Virus record (IMG/VR): IMGVR_UViG_3300037010_000760
Coordinates: 4,422-68,421 of that record
Source: a virus
Strand: one strand, 5' to 3'
Length of the DNA: 64,000 nucleotides
The notes beneath the pieces are model-generated. The model was not told the DNA's origin. It was given only the letters and a program-made list of their open reading frames with translations, and searched no databases. The translations under genes were made by a program, and so were the position numbers. Positions 12,101 to 20,839 of this stretch are shown here, one piece after another; position 1 is the first letter of the stretch; each line of letters starts with the position of its first letter.

Positions 12101-14971
12101 CCTATATTCTTTTCTTTGGGGCTAGTGAATGATCGCTTCCGTGATGTGCTGTCCAAGAAGGGACTTCCTGAAGCCATCAAGGTGATCTCTAGTGATACTG
12201 ATGCGTTCCTAACTAGCTCTGCAAATTTCCTATTGGACAAAATGGATAAGGCTCTGATAGGAACCGCAAAATCCAAAAACACTCAGCAAGCCTTGGATAG
12301 TATCTTTTCTACTTTGGTTCAAACTGGTACAGATTCCCTGACGTTGGTTGGTGCTGGTTTAAATAAAACTGGAAGTATGGTTGATGGTATAAATGACAGA
12401 GTTGTCTCAGCTATAGAATATGTTTCAGCTAAGTTAAATGATAGTGCTGATAAAAAATTAGCAACTACATCTAATAAAGTTGTAAAAGGTGTTGCCAACG
12501 TAGCCAAGAATATTGCTTTATCAATAAATGAAGATACAGCAGCTCGTGTTGGTGAGTTTGCTGTCTCATTGTCTAATCAGTCAAATTTATTTAAACCACT
12601 TCAATCTTTAATAACAGATTTTGTTGGCAGGACTGATAGTAACAAATTGTTATATGACATGATTAAGTTTGTTAGATCAAATGCTCAGAAAGATCGTCAG
12701 CATTATCGTGAAGAACTGCCTGCCATATTAGCATCACAATTTACACGTAAACTATCTGATAAAGAGTGGACTCATCTTTTCACTGGCCTAGCTAAAACAG
12801 ATTTAGCACAATTAGTTAACTCAATTGGCATTAAAGATACGGTTTCACTATTGTCTGACCCAACAAAAATAGATACTCGTATTACTACGTTAGAGGCTAA
12901 CCTGAGAAATCAAGTGCCAAGTAGCTGGCCTAGTATTCAGAAAAAGTCTAAGCAGCTTGCTAATTATATGATGACTGGTGAGCATGGCCCTATGCTTATG
13001 CGTAATGCTGATATTATTCAGTTAACTTTAGGTGGCAACCGTAATGAGATTGACTCTCTGGTAACTCTGTACGCTCTACAAAAACTTGAGCAGCCTGTAA
13101 AGACTACCCTTACTTCTTTAGTTCAAACTCAGAAATCTGGCATTGATTCCCTAGTCGGCTACCTATCTGGTCAGCGCCAAGATGATATACATCCTGATGC
13201 TGCTATTCGTATGAACGTATATAAAGGATATATCCCATCATTGCAAAATGAATCGGTATCGTTAAAAGTGATGCCGAATACAGAGCATGCTGCTATGCTA
13301 GAAAAGGGTTATATTCGTACAGGCAACTATGCAGGCTCTATACTTGAGACCAGAGCCTCATCTAGTTACTACTTCTTAAATGCCCCTGCTAAAGCTGCGT
13401 TTAGTCAGGGTCTCATACAAAACGTACATAGTACATCTGGTGGCATTGATACTAGAACTCTATTCTCTACTGGATTAGTTGCTGGTCGTATTGTCGACCC
13501 TAGAGTAGTAAGTAAGCTAGCCCCGTATCTAAATGGTGATGTAGCTGGTAACGAGAATCTGTTACCCATATTTGATGGTACTGGTAACATCATTGCATTG
13601 GAGAGGGCTGTACGTCCAGATCAACTTGTACAACTAAAGCAAGATACCCATTTAGCAAAAATGATTGGTGTATGGCGTGGTCGCCAAGTTGAGGAGTATA
13701 AATCAAGAGCTGTTAACGAGGCACTTATTTCCAGATTTAAGCAAATGTATTCTGACGATATTAGTAAAAATCCAAATACCGCTAGAGAGTATGTTAATCT
13801 ATTTCAGTCCCAAGACCCAATACACAAAGATGCGCTAAAACTAATGCCTATTTATATGAAGAGGGCATTGGAATCTGAGTTTGGAAAAGATACATTTATG
13901 GTCAGAAAAGACATGATTGACAGCACCATCGGTTATCGTACACCATCTATAGGTGATGCTTGGACTGGTGTATCTGGCTGGAGTCCTAAGAGTCTCGAAT
14001 TAGCTAAAAATGTCACTATGTCCATATTTGGTAATAAATCATATGAGTACCTTGTGAATGCAGAGCAGATACTCAAAAATGCTATACAAGATGTTAAGCT
14101 GATTATTGTCGTTAAATCTGTAATTGTGCCTGTTGGTAATATGTTAGCCAACGTCATTCAATTAATGTCTAGAGGCGTGCCTATCAATGATATTGTTCGT
14201 GGAATGCCAAAAAAAGTTTCTGAAGTTACTTTCTACAATAAGCAACATCTTCGTAAAATTGAGCTAGAAGTCGCATTACGTGTTGCTGAGGGTAACAATG
14301 ATATTGTTGGTATTCGTAAAGCAAAGAATGAGTTGGAGACTATTGAAGATAGTTTCCGTAGACTAAGCATTTGGCCTTTAATACATGCAGGAGAATTTTC
14401 TGCTATTTCTGATGCTGGTATTTCTAGAGATGATATTATTTTGTCAGAAGGTAGACTGCATACCTATATAGAGAACCTTACAAACAAGTTGCCAGATGGA
14501 GTACGTACAGCGGCTAAATATGGTTTAGTCGCTAAAGATACTGCATTATTCCAAGGTTTGCAAAAAGCAGTTGAATATGGTGACTTCTTGGCTAAGGCTA
14601 TTCAGTATGATTATCTGACTACTAATAAGAAACTTAGCAAAGAAGACTCGTTAGCCCGTATATCTGAAGAATTTGTTAACTATGACCTGCTAATGGGCAG
14701 ATTCCGAGAATATATGGAGAACATTGGTCTATTATGGTTTACGGCTTTCAAAGTACGTTCTACCAAGATAGCTGCATCCATTATAAGGAATAATCCATTC
14801 CATGCTTTAATGTCATCTATCCCCCATTCATTTATGCCATCAGGTACTGGCACCCCTATTACTGATAACGCGGTAGCCAAGACTATGACTGGTAGTATTT
14901 GGTACTCACTTGGATTTGGTCAAGCATTACGTGCTCCTCAATTAAATCCTTGGTTCAATCTGGCCTATTAA
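3185..14971 (+). CDS. virion-encapsidated RNA polymerase (N4 gp50-like) with inserted NADAR domain and zincin-like HExxH region
   Basis: About 3930 aa; ATG 3185 follows AGGA. T7-superfamily motifs A 'YIEADGVNNG', B 'RSVIKNPLTKTVYGSG', C 'LNIYDG'. 'TLTHEMVHAAT' near 11180. No Cys seen on reading, as known for N4 vRNAP. Confidence 0.96.
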   Translation: MPSVSDLLTQLFSNPASSDMVKPSIGTSTEIGITVDQNSMLKQAEVDAAAARKKEELAGTSLSSMGAYGLGITSSTGYGARSAGQLDKDMLTRNPGELMSKYGAEVALRLLTQKASGEDSYNIDRGMPVSTGENISDFAINTGISAINAVGGAGAWAGSLINDKLGTTLSGSLDAFNNAASSLTSDRSKSSKQINSTTNWLDTRDNEAQYQKDKTNGDILAVLKREGRNAIGAVNIAKSDPTTLLEGTASGIGSMLGFGYFNKAVQGIGGTGKVATMIRDASLPIAGGLVGGGSIYQQNVSDIMAKSTEEMAQQSPQYNKYVAQGLSPKDAQIRVAAESGEYAASIAGPLDMMTTMMVPGVNEIPHHVGSVGEAFKHTLFEPVQEFIESSNEQFASNAGNQYKFNPNQDIAEGVGKAAGTGALYGLTSAGATHAPGVAILGAKATKDAAATLLGSLKDKVSSISADNENSSPVSNAALATKATTAATQTPIVAANMQAAAANSDPAMQARVANFTNIMQSVSTHDANDFAESSDSIKAALSGATTKIDELNALKSVFNNKDSTDSDKDFAGTKLIDELSSMNEFLNTQTDVIDAVQDEPTKKFVRGMKQFAADILSNKEFLATRNDIATRLAQKHETSHPELAIAADPTSQEGKQAIAETLAIASTLPTEVNGKAVDAILKHSEDGSIKLTQEQKDNLEVSKAAITALQDNLVDGSDLMRVSTEASSAGLAGDKGKSAIQHATDIVRTVSEGNIPLAKTLLKSFERFAQHYQNKAEAVNQATQEGNDQDYKAHYTQLAHGQWVENKALYTFQKSGKGVELATQVHKEARAIGSMYNAIASMYPNMGVEPIALTKPDSIFLPGGKFDHKATQHGIGGNGLAGITAYRNRLVTQQSKGAENGHGQKEEVLIAPGTPSLPTRPPVRADGTESIEKVFHTDRVEAAAQLHERKLGVEKDLRNALTKPQPNEVGSLYGALRGMLSPESFKNDLGGNPKFNFLRSIKGNSLRNLIENGSYLDSFLTSRMTLNKGENLEAAVEHIVDKLNSGNYLTQQLQDRLDQLGITLQQINEAISDEQLDQEIAALEKRIADEAATAKSKKSARPAKGSEAGQTGTQKTIFESDEQSNKIAPVTVAPTINATKLEVTQAEYDKAISLQSMTGETAHDALDSASKKTLKILDTLENNPDSVAITTDATPTATTASIDKINIWYGSSENASLSNLAARKFTLLGKEYFSVEHAYQTLKSGSFDERTYARYKNAGVKISGKQAKIEGDYNISLMKRLMLASFNQNKEAKDLLLATGNAEITHTQEQGKSKWATIFPRLLMEVRNELRATPNATAPDTALTSSKPSTGPTQVTPTTQVSPPAIVSPTVNPISDAELSKLNLFLAAKSRLTEIITNPATYDPKIVAAAKKELSGLTKDRLNKVDYLFDGFPSDKAELDFLSNAPPSLIADTPGKLERLWELRNKSGKLFANLGTSKLLSTAGNILIAGTKPVNEKRASQLTDRPLDTFVQIVNENTNIKSDDKKLRTGLAKYITLRANLLQLAVSRTVLNEANSDNNLIKLLQLDHLDSLGNSNKYRIDLFPQNRLFSLLAPVDEGDTPKVKLDPRLMETASLAFMQWMLGAVDRKAVVDEKTVAGILGIDENLVTEAQIAEYSERITNIEAIDAISAGILRHWGLKPKDNIQIGYSEGVTRVLAKEMLDAAVSKELIEAGFGLNHNQVRIDSNKTVDSYGIDKLPKNVKLANAIFPDLVDNTAFLKNDQVMYIGDVTVPTSKTILREPEQLLSPEQIRAQDNNQKTIHRIDEASYKLFMGIGVKGIFDILSLPEKTDLLNIGHAKSVIGKKQGISAVFNKMKEVYQRVSNLATDGDVHGVPIHYKFEYTSTNRLQMIGSHTPQASKWMRNVILPTNGTIDATYGKMGYTSFMLSVAQNLGVSIQNYSREANISKIATKLDGELADVVSLLKDRVINNEDRVSPKLIEALKSALGSEFTPSSLYALHEYARYLASSEADKANFKTGLYIEADGVNNGPASALMMLGGTSELTHEFFTNAARIGYFIGSDDRTLNQQRQEDPTGLYEAGAQVLPTFLADFGNKIDGHIIPEGENTPAIDLGAYFDQVKYVVASLLPNFSMDENGNYTIGRSVIKNPLTKTVYGSGSRGMGNGLLKDMLNAFYEKLSIVKLYEDWYSSEGKSNPRESAFVEVFGDQYRELIKSMHRLASHSVEVEKKQFVVKNGISPQNKFFVENDYLNFEVSGTAFNSMSNNINTFFSKKVRSAITDVMSEAVMDSTQLLAKATSFHTEFMSHEFNKLYEAALAKRKNSDHLYRQADGLSNDELRAITNKMSKTFPYIKTTTQSFNPVGASKISSDNFIGVTSTGYKVTPSIFVPESAGVSGIPYMIIGLGDGRTIQIFSDGGPEDTLNIYDGIHMGLGKVEEYSKRANSAVWDSWQGNPFGALFPSLSTFVTNYDWPTFLASAKSDKLKIAPILAALHIKSVSELPNYIANLINNVSTSAKNIDATHQVLGKYKATIDQLASIGSPYVKSGADIIIDDASIADINSKISSIAQADTNYAVNGILSDVAAKFNVPTPTKPTEYSLKSFIATGSVANKTTTVESLLSTKLLDNVSVKYGPLSSFSDKLTKDDFGGYDPKTNTIYIASDKSGGVETLTHEMVHAATFRAIANHYANPGNSVIATEVSRLETLMGSFLNRAALSIDDTVSGIADKINKIGDSSIKLNEFMAYGLSNPAMRADLTSATALKLPENIINKYTGKIKQLIKDILTKLGVQAQKTEYDQLVFNAVHVMASGDNATMSNGQILKMAIGGLNTNNRLNKVTEFFASSLDKYLDSQIDPAFSRLPPTGLLTKNPGEFTRADRLGFQVSTLIASKFNTSPQEKVALDMIVSTLATGAKLDGNIMSGIEQLYTHFTKNLTPEDFLLVAPTDATQADTYEANEMYNLVMGNYTTAKDVYGRGQTLPIFFSLGLVNDRFRDVLSKKGLPEAIKVISSDTDAFLTSSANFLLDKMDKALIGTAKSKNTQQALDSIFSTLVQTGTDSLTLVGAGLNKTGSMVDGINDRVVSAIEYVSAKLNDSADKKLATTSNKVVKGVANVAKNIALSINEDTAARVGEFAVSLSNQSNLFKPLQSLITDFVGRTDSNKLLYDMIKFVRSNAQKDRQHYREELPAILASQFTRKLSDKEWTHLFTGLAKTDLAQLVNSIGIKDTVSLLSDPTKIDTRITTLEANLRNQVPSSWPSIQKKSKQLANYMMTGEHGPMLMRNADIIQLTLGGNRNEIDSLVTLYALQKLEQPVKTTLTSLVQTQKSGIDSLVGYLSGQRQDDIHPDAAIRMNVYKGYIPSLQNESVSLKVMPNTEHAAMLEKGYIRTGNYAGSILETRASSSYYFLNAPAKAAFSQGLIQNVHSTSGGIDTRTLFSTGLVAGRIVDPRVVSKLAPYLNGDVAGNENLLPIFDGTGNIIALERAVRPDQLVQLKQDTHLAKMIGVWRGRQVEEYKSRAVNEALISRFKQMYSDDISKNPNTAREYVNLFQSQDPIHKDALKLMPIYMKRALESEFGKDTFMVRKDMIDSTIGYRTPSIGDAWTGVSGWSPKSLELAKNVTMSIFGNKSYEYLVNAEQILKNAIQDVKLIIVVKSVIVPVGNMLANVIQLMSRGVPINDIVRGMPKKVSEVTFYNKQHLRKIELEVALRVAEGNNDIVGIRKAKNELETIEDSFRRLSIWPLIHAGEFSAISDAGISRDDIILSEGRLHTYIENLTNKLPDGVRTAAKYGLVAKDTALFQGLQKAVEYGDFLAKAIQYDYLTTNKKLSKEDSLARISEEFVNYDLLMGRFREYMENIGLLWFTAFKVRSTKIAASIIRNNPFHALMSSIPHSFMPSGTGTPITDNAVAKTMTGSIWYSLGFGQALRAPQLNPWFNLAY

Positions 14972-14977
14972 ATAAAA

Positions 14978-15000
14978 AACCCCTGCTCATAGCAGGGGTT
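14978..15000. terminator. intrinsic terminator between convergent late and middle units
   Basis: AACCCCTGCT-CAT-AGCAGGGGTT perfect hairpin, A-run on the left and T-rich sequence on the right. Confidence 0.8.
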
Positions 15001-15004
15001 ACAT

Positions 15005-15142
15005 TTATTTGGTAATCAAGTGGAATACCCAAAGCATAAATAGAGCAGCTATATACGGAGCTAGTAGTACCACAGCTATAGTAATTATTATCATAGCAAT
15101 AATAATTAAGACTCCGTATAGCAGAGTCTTTTTCCAGCTCAT
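15005..15142 (-). CDS. small membrane protein, 45 aa (not in ORF track)
   Basis: MSWKKTLLYGVLIIIAMIIITIAVVLLAPYIAALFMLWVFHLITK; start codon overlaps the stop of the upstream gene (TGATG). Confidence 0.65.
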   Translation of the reverse strand: MSWKKTLLYGVLIIIAMIIITIAVVLLAPYIAALFMLWVFHLITK

Positions 15143-15576
15143 CAGGGAGTGTTAACTGGGCGTTTCAGGCCAGCGAACAGAGATCGCACTGGAGTAACAG
15201 ATTCGGCTTGTGGAGCGGGCACTACAACCACTTCTGCAACAGGTACTGTTGCAATTGCAATGGCTTCTTTCACAGGATTTGACTCTACTACTGGGGCAAG
15301 CTTGTTTTCTTCTTGGGTCAATTGTTGCACCACAGGTACGTCTACTGGAGTAGGCATATCAAATGCAGGCTCTTGCACTGTTGGAATATCAACTACTTGC
15401 ATAGAAGCAATTACCTTGTTAGGAGAAATGATGTTAATGATAGCTGTAAAGCCATCAGCACCATGAGTAGCAGTCAAATCAACGTAGACTTTCATACCTG
15501 CTTTGATATTGACTTGAGACATAACATAGTCTGTCAATGCCTCTTCAATTTCTGATTGAGACAATGTGATTTGCAT
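15142..15576 (-). CDS. conserved N4-like hypothetical protein
   Basis: N-terminal 'MQITLSQSEIEEALTDYV', low-complexity C-terminus; translationally coupled. Confidence 0.75.
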   Translation of the reverse strand: MQITLSQSEIEEALTDYVMSQVNIKAGMKVYVDLTATHGADGFTAIINIISPNKVIASMQVVDIPTVQEPAFDMPTPVDVPVVQQLTQEENKLAPVVESNPVKEAIAIATVPVAEVVVVPAPQAESVTPVRSLFAGLKRPVNTP

Positions 15577-16133
15577 TATTTAACTCCGGCGAATAAACGC
15601 ATAAGATTTTGGAACATTTGAGTATGCACTCCTGCATGGATAGTAGCTATCGCATCTGCTACGTGTTCAGCTTTACCTGATACCTCGTTTCTGTATTTAG
15701 GAAAATTAGCTTCAGGATACAGAGCAACAGCTTGTGCTATCATCTGATCTTTAGTAGCTAATTTATCTCCAGTGAATACTTTTTTTACCTCTGATGCAGT
15801 TACCTCTATCAGTGGTATTCCTAGTGACCTTACAGCACCAAGTATTCCAACACATACTCCGTAAGATACCATTGCTCTAGCTGATTGAGAACCTACAGGT
15901 ACTTCTACAAAAATAACTTTAGCAGTTTTGGCTATTGGTATTACTACATCAGCCAATTGATTTGCCAAGTATAAATCGCTTGAGTTTTGTCTAACTTGCT
16001 TCCCCTCTGCGTCTTTTGGACATACCGTGGTTAGGTAAGGAGTATCAAGAAAGCCTGTATCTAAATCTAGTAGGCTCTGTGCGATTCCCCAGTTTCTTAG
16101 GCTAGGGTCAAAGCCCACTACAGGGATTTTCAC
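15576..16133 (-). CDS. RuvC-like Holliday junction resolvase
   Basis: Motifs 'VGFDPSLRNWG', 'IFVEVP', 'EHVADAIA'. Confidence 0.85.
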   Translation of the reverse strand: MKIPVVGFDPSLRNWGIAQSLLDLDTGFLDTPYLTTVCPKDAEGKQVRQNSSDLYLANQLADVVIPIAKTAKVIFVEVPVGSQSARAMVSYGVCVGILGAVRSLGIPLIEVTASEVKKVFTGDKLATKDQMIAQAVALYPEANFPKYRNEVSGKAEHVADAIATIHAGVHTQMFQNLMRLFAGVK

Positions 16134-16879
16134 TTGGAGCCAAACAGACTTTTACGCACTGGAGCACCACTTTGTGCGGCTACGGATGGGCCTCCAGCAC
16201 GCTTTGGAGCACCTACCTGACCGCCAGCACCCTCTTTGATCAATCGCTTGTCACGAGGCTTTCCTTTGTTACGCTCCAACCAACTGTCATGGAACTGAGC
16301 AGTTTCAGCACCCTGACGTGCCTCAACAACTGTCATTTTGGTTTCGGTATGAAATACCTTATCAATGACGTTTACATCACGAACTTCAGCAGTAGGCACA
16401 TATTCATTACCTACTTTTTCGCTCTTGTTTTGCAGCTCCTTGATGATGCCCAAAGTGACTGTTTTTCCAGTCAATTCAATGAGCACAGGGACTGATTTAG
16501 GCAGTTCCTTCTTAGCTTCGTTGTCATAGATATTGACAATTTTATCTTCTGTATCTTGCTCAGACAATGGTTTTCCTGTAGTGACTAGACAAATGTCATC
16601 CACAACTGTGAATCCAGGTAGGGGAACCTTTTTGCTCTGATCATTTTTATTCAGATAGAAATTCTGCCCTTGCTTGTTTGTAATGTACAGGGTTTCACGA
16701 TATTCCTTTCCTAGTACATCCACGATAAGAGTAACGGAATGTGCTCCACCAGAGGATTTTCCAGCATAGGCAACCTTGATTTTACCAGTGTAGGAGTCAG
16801 TCTCTAATGCACTAAAACCGCCAAGACGGTCTTGTGCCTCTTCTAAACCTGTGGAACTGAGTTCTTTGAAAAGTGACAT
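16130..16879 (-). CDS. ssb: single-stranded DNA-binding protein / late transcription activator (N4 gp45-like)
   Basis: 'DRLGGF', 'YRETLYITN', 'LPGF', C-terminal 'RKSLFG'; synteny. Confidence 0.85.
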   Translation of the reverse strand: MSLFKELSSTGLEEAQDRLGGFSALETDSYTGKIKVAYAGKSSGGAHSVTLIVDVLGKEYRETLYITNKQGQNFYLNKNDQSKKVPLPGFTVVDDICLVTTGKPLSEQDTEDKIVNIYDNEAKKELPKSVPVLIELTGKTVTLGIIKELQNKSEKVGNEYVPTAEVRDVNVIDKVFHTETKMTVVEARQGAETAQFHDSWLERNKGKPRDKRLIKEGAGGQVGAPKRAGGPSVAAQSGAPVRKSLFGSK

Positions 16880-16910
16880 AATTTTTTGGAAAGTTGGTTA
16901 GTTTAGTGAA

Positions 16911-17651
16911 TTAACTACGATAGAACTCGTGAAGATGCTTCAAGAGTAAAGCAGCATCATTATCCATATAGGTCTGTGACTTGTCAAACATTCCCATAGG
17001 AGAACGAATTCGCTCACCTACTGTAGCTTTCGTTGGTCGTGTCTGAAATACATGCTTGTATCCCAGATCACGATCTTCCTCACTTATAGTAAGCAAGGAG
17101 GATTTATAGGTATCAAGCTCTTTTATAGCAATTTTCTTTGCAGCAACTACTGTGGAGAAATAAGCTTCGATACCGTTATTTTTCAATGATCCCTTAATGG
17201 GAACACTGGTTTTCATTTCCATTGCCTTCTCATCAAGAACATCTAAGACGTGAGCAGTGATAATGACAGGTTTACCAAGAGCAGTAACCTTTTGTTGCAT
17301 CAGAATTTTGAAGAACTGTGAGAAATCTCCCCAAGCCTTCATCGTGTTTGCTGAATTCAGGACGTACATTGTCTCAAACATGTCCATCAAGAACGTGATT
17401 GAGTCAATAATAATTCCTTTTGTTTTTGGTTCTCCGATAGCAAAATCAAATGCTTCATGAACCTGATATGGGTCTTCTACCCGATATTGTTGAAACTTGT
17501 TTTTGAATGGTAAACGTTTACCTGCTTCTGTATTTAGATACATCCAATCCTCTTGGTTTGGAATGTTACGTAATGAGGCAGATTTACCTGTGGTACTAAA
17601 ACCACAGATTAGCACTAGCTGATCGTTTATGTCGATAGAAATGTCTGACAT
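16911..17651 (-). CDS. AAA ATPase, Sak4-like (N4 gp44-like)
   Basis: Walker A 'GFSTTGKS', Walker B 'IIIDS'. Confidence 0.85.
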   Translation of the reverse strand: MSDISIDINDQLVLICGFSTTGKSASLRNIPNQEDWMYLNTEAGKRLPFKNKFQQYRVEDPYQVHEAFDFAIGEPKTKGIIIDSITFLMDMFETMYVLNSANTMKAWGDFSQFFKILMQQKVTALGKPVIITAHVLDVLDEKAMEMKTSVPIKGSLKNNGIEAYFSTVVAAKKIAIKELDTYKSSLLTISEEDRDLGYKHVFQTRPTKATVGERIRSPMGMFDKSQTYMDNDAALLLKHLHEFYRS

Positions 17652-17712
17652 ATTTACCTTTATTTAGAGAACCAAAGAAGAAGAATAAGTTACTTTATTT
17701 GGCTAGGTTAGC

Positions 17713-19863
17713 TTACGTTTTTTGATAGCGCCTAGCTACCGAGGTGAGAATTGTGGTGTCTATCTCATCTTGGGGTAAGGGCTTACTCAGCTTCTGATTG
17801 AAGGCATGTACCTGCTTGCTGACAGTCACTAAATCCATCCCACTATCCACTAATGCCAGAGCATAGCGAATCATGTTGTTGTTTCTGTTTCCTTCAGCAA
17901 TACGTTGTGCAAACCAACGCTCCATATTATCCAGAGACTCAACAGCTTGAAATGACTTCCGATACTGCTCGTTTTTGGATGTTTTTGGTATGAATGATAG
18001 TGCATCTAATAGCTCACCATCCATGTTGTACAGATACTCACCACCAGAGAAACTCTCCCACTTACGTGATCTCTGATTAGCTGCCTCATCTGCTTTGAAT
18101 GGCAACCAGCCCATTATGGATTCCATAAACTCCTTATAGTCCTCTGAGTCCAGTTCCAAATAGTAATTGATTGGCAACATTAGCCTAAATCGGTTCTCAT
18201 CAGGCGTAGAGCGTTTAGTTGTATAAATCATAAACTTATACTTCTTCATCAACTCAGTTGCTATCTTAACACTGATGCCACCATCCACGTCTACTACAAC
18301 CATATTGAATCCACAGACTACATTCTCTTCAGCTCTATGGTTATTTTTGAATTGGTGGTTTGCCCAATGAGTATTTGGTGCCTGTGCTAGTACATGTAGT
18401 TGGTCAAATGGCACCTGCTCGTACAAATAGTTATATGCCCAGTGATCGCTATAAGAGACAGTTATCTTATTCAAATCCGTCTCAGCAAGCATGTCACCCT
18501 TGAAGAACTCAATGCCATCCACATACGTCTTTTTAATGACTATATGCTTCTTATATCCCCATGCTGTAGCTAAGGTAATAAGTTCATTTCTAGCAGCAAT
18601 ACCACTCTTATAAAACGGTAGTGCTTCTAGAAGATCAGCATGGGTTACTTCAGTACCAACATCTGCAATGTATCGAGCTAACTTGACATAGGTTTTCTCT
18701 CTATTAAGAATTGCTTGGAATGCCCTGCCAGACTGTTCTACAAGCAGAATGGCAGACATTAAATGCTCCATTTCCACTTCGTTACTCTCGTCAATGAATG
18801 CATATGCGCCAGCCAATTTCAGTGCCTTGAAGTACCTATGATTGATCTCTGCCTTGCGAATTTCTTCGTGATCTGGTAATAGATCAGCAGCTTTTTCACA
18901 CTCAATTTTATAGGTAATAAGGCGAATGCCAACATCATCCTCTACACTCATCTTCCAGTTATACATAGCAGGGTCTGCTAATTTATGGAAGTGAACAGCC
19001 CACTTATTAATACTAGTCTTGTTATCTTTCTTAATTAAATTCTCATAAACCTGAGTTGGTGTCTGACTATTGAAGGCACGCTTATCATGGTGACCAATAC
19101 CAAATATGCAACGTCTAGCATATCCGGTCTCTAGAAAGCTATAGAATAAGTCTTCAGCAGTACCACCATCAAGTAACTTGGAGGGTGTACCAAATAACAA
19201 CATATTTGATGGTGTTTTACCCATCAGTTCCTCACTACGCTGACTATCAGCAGTATTTTTTGTGAGTTTTTGTTTAGTAAGCCCTTGGTCATACAACTCA
19301 AGAAACACAGTGAGAACTTCACTAGCATTAATCAAATTAGAGCCAATTTCATCAATCTGAAGATTGATGGCGCCACAATTTGCTAAAAGCAATTTGTTAC
19401 GTAGTTGCTTAACTGCTGGTGCAGTACCACTATCGAATGTGAATGGAAATTCTCCTGTATTTCTAAATTGCTTCTCAATACGGTCAAACTCCTCTTGTGG
19501 GTCTGTACCATTCCTACCAGCACGCTCATTTGATAATTCCCATAGAAATTTCTCTGAGATGATGGGAAAAGTATCTTCTACAAATCTCTTCTGGAATCCA
19601 TACATGAATTCTGATTCAATGATATTCACAGAATGTCCCTTACCATAACCAGATGTAGCAAGGGCCAGTGCATAGATATTAACTGGAATCTCACCACGAT
19701 CTTTGGTTACAATAACTGCTCGCATGTTACTTGCCAACTTTCCAAAGAAATAGGCAACCTCAGTACGAAAGAACCCTCTATCAGTGTTCTGTGTTTTATT
19801 ACATAACACCCCCACAATATCCTCCAGTGCAGGATGGTGTGTGACTCCAGTTAAATCTATCAT
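17713..19863 (-). CDS. DNA primase (N4 gp43/dns-like)
   Basis: 'ATSGYGKG' P-loop, 'VVVDVDGG', 'RFRLMLP', PriCT-like 'EGNRNNNM'. ATG at 19863 coupled to the upstream gene. Confidence 0.88.
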   Translation of the reverse strand: MIDLTGVTHHPALEDIVGVLCNKTQNTDRGFFRTEVAYFFGKLASNMRAVIVTKDRGEIPVNIYALALATSGYGKGHSVNIIESEFMYGFQKRFVEDTFPIISEKFLWELSNERAGRNGTDPQEEFDRIEKQFRNTGEFPFTFDSGTAPAVKQLRNKLLLANCGAINLQIDEIGSNLINASEVLTVFLELYDQGLTKQKLTKNTADSQRSEELMGKTPSNMLLFGTPSKLLDGGTAEDLFYSFLETGYARRCIFGIGHHDKRAFNSQTPTQVYENLIKKDNKTSINKWAVHFHKLADPAMYNWKMSVEDDVGIRLITYKIECEKAADLLPDHEEIRKAEINHRYFKALKLAGAYAFIDESNEVEMEHLMSAILLVEQSGRAFQAILNREKTYVKLARYIADVGTEVTHADLLEALPFYKSGIAARNELITLATAWGYKKHIVIKKTYVDGIEFFKGDMLAETDLNKITVSYSDHWAYNYLYEQVPFDQLHVLAQAPNTHWANHQFKNNHRAEENVVCGFNMVVVDVDGGISVKIATELMKKYKFMIYTTKRSTPDENRFRLMLPINYYLELDSEDYKEFMESIMGWLPFKADEAANQRSRKWESFSGGEYLYNMDGELLDALSFIPKTSKNEQYRKSFQAVESLDNMERWFAQRIAEGNRNNNMIRYALALVDSGMDLVTVSKQVHAFNQKLSKPLPQDEIDTTILTSVARRYQKT

Positions 19864-20825
19864 AATCCGTACTTGTCTTTCTGTGTACAAATAGAAAACG
19901 CTTCGCAGTAGCCACAGCGTTTAGGTTCGGCGGGTACTGTAATAACAATGCCCTTACCCCCTTTGGATGCCATAAATGTGCGAGCACTCACAGGATCATC
20001 AAAGTTTTTAGTGGAGCGTCCATCTGTTTTTGTTGGGTCAGAGTAGTATTTGAACTGTGGGGCTGAACGCCATAACTCAGCGTCTGTACACTCAGGAAGT
20101 TCCTTTTCAGGAACATCTTTATACTTAGTATATAGTGCCAGCTTATCCTTGATCCACTTCTCTGTATCAGCAATAGACATTAACGGAATATCTTTTGTTT
20201 CAACACGCTTTTGTGGATACGCAGGATTAGACCGTGCATCTGATTTTTTCCAATCAGTAAAGATGTAGTTAATTCGTATAAAGTCCTCAGTGATCTTATC
20301 TGGATTTAACCATCTATAGATACTACCTTGAAGCTGGTGTTCATCATCACGACCACCATATAGCCACGTGTAGGCAGATGTGCTCTTATAATCCTGCACA
20401 ATTCCCTCCGCAACCATGTCGAACTTACCACTAATAGTATATCCATCAATATTACGAATAGCACGTTGCTCCAAATAAATTGGAATCACGTTTTCAATGC
20501 TATCCAATTCTTCCTTGGTAGGATTAATGCGAATTCTATCAATAACAGCTTCCGGGTATCCTAAAATAGACAATGATCGTTTATGTCCTAGCTTCCATGC
20601 TTTTTCAATGGAATCATGTAGGGAATGGCCCAAAGCTCTTGAAATAAAATCAACTACATCTACTGGTTGAGTTCCCTCAATACGCTTTGGTAATATAAGA
20701 TGACGCAATGGACGCATCAGCTTGGTTGCCGAAATATAGTTCGGCTTATTGACATAATCATACTCGTCATGCAGTAACCAAACTGCAAGTGCCAGAGAAA
20801 TGTCAGTGTTATTAGTGATAGTCAT
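19860..20825 (-). CDS. PD-(D/E)XK exonuclease (N4 gp42-like)
   Basis: 'ISGKFDMV...DYKST', 'QGSIYRWL', C-terminal Cys cluster 'RCGYCEAFSICTQ'. Confidence 0.82.
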   Translation of the reverse strand: MTITNNTDISLALAVWLLHDEYDYVNKPNYISATKLMRPLRHLILPKRIEGTQPVDVVDFISRALGHSLHDSIEKAWKLGHKRSLSILGYPEAVIDRIRINPTKEELDSIENVIPIYLEQRAIRNIDGYTISGKFDMVAEGIVQDYKSTSAYTWLYGGRDDEHQLQGSIYRWLNPDKITEDFIRINYIFTDWKKSDARSNPAYPQKRVETKDIPLMSIADTEKWIKDKLALYTKYKDVPEKELPECTDAELWRSAPQFKYYSDPTKTDGRSTKNFDDPVSARTFMASKGGKGIVITVPAEPKRCGYCEAFSICTQKDKYGL

Positions 20826-20839
20826 ATGCTACTCCATGC

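Noticed and set aside
1028-14880. Many 60-150 aa antisense ORFs inside gp51 and vRNAP (and similar ones across the window)
   Set aside because: Shadow ORFs of long, codon-biased genes, with no SD or motifs.
19860-20825. Cas4-like nuclease suggesting CRISPR
   Set aside because: Core N4-like gp42 exonuclease; no repeat-spacer array or other cas genes seen.
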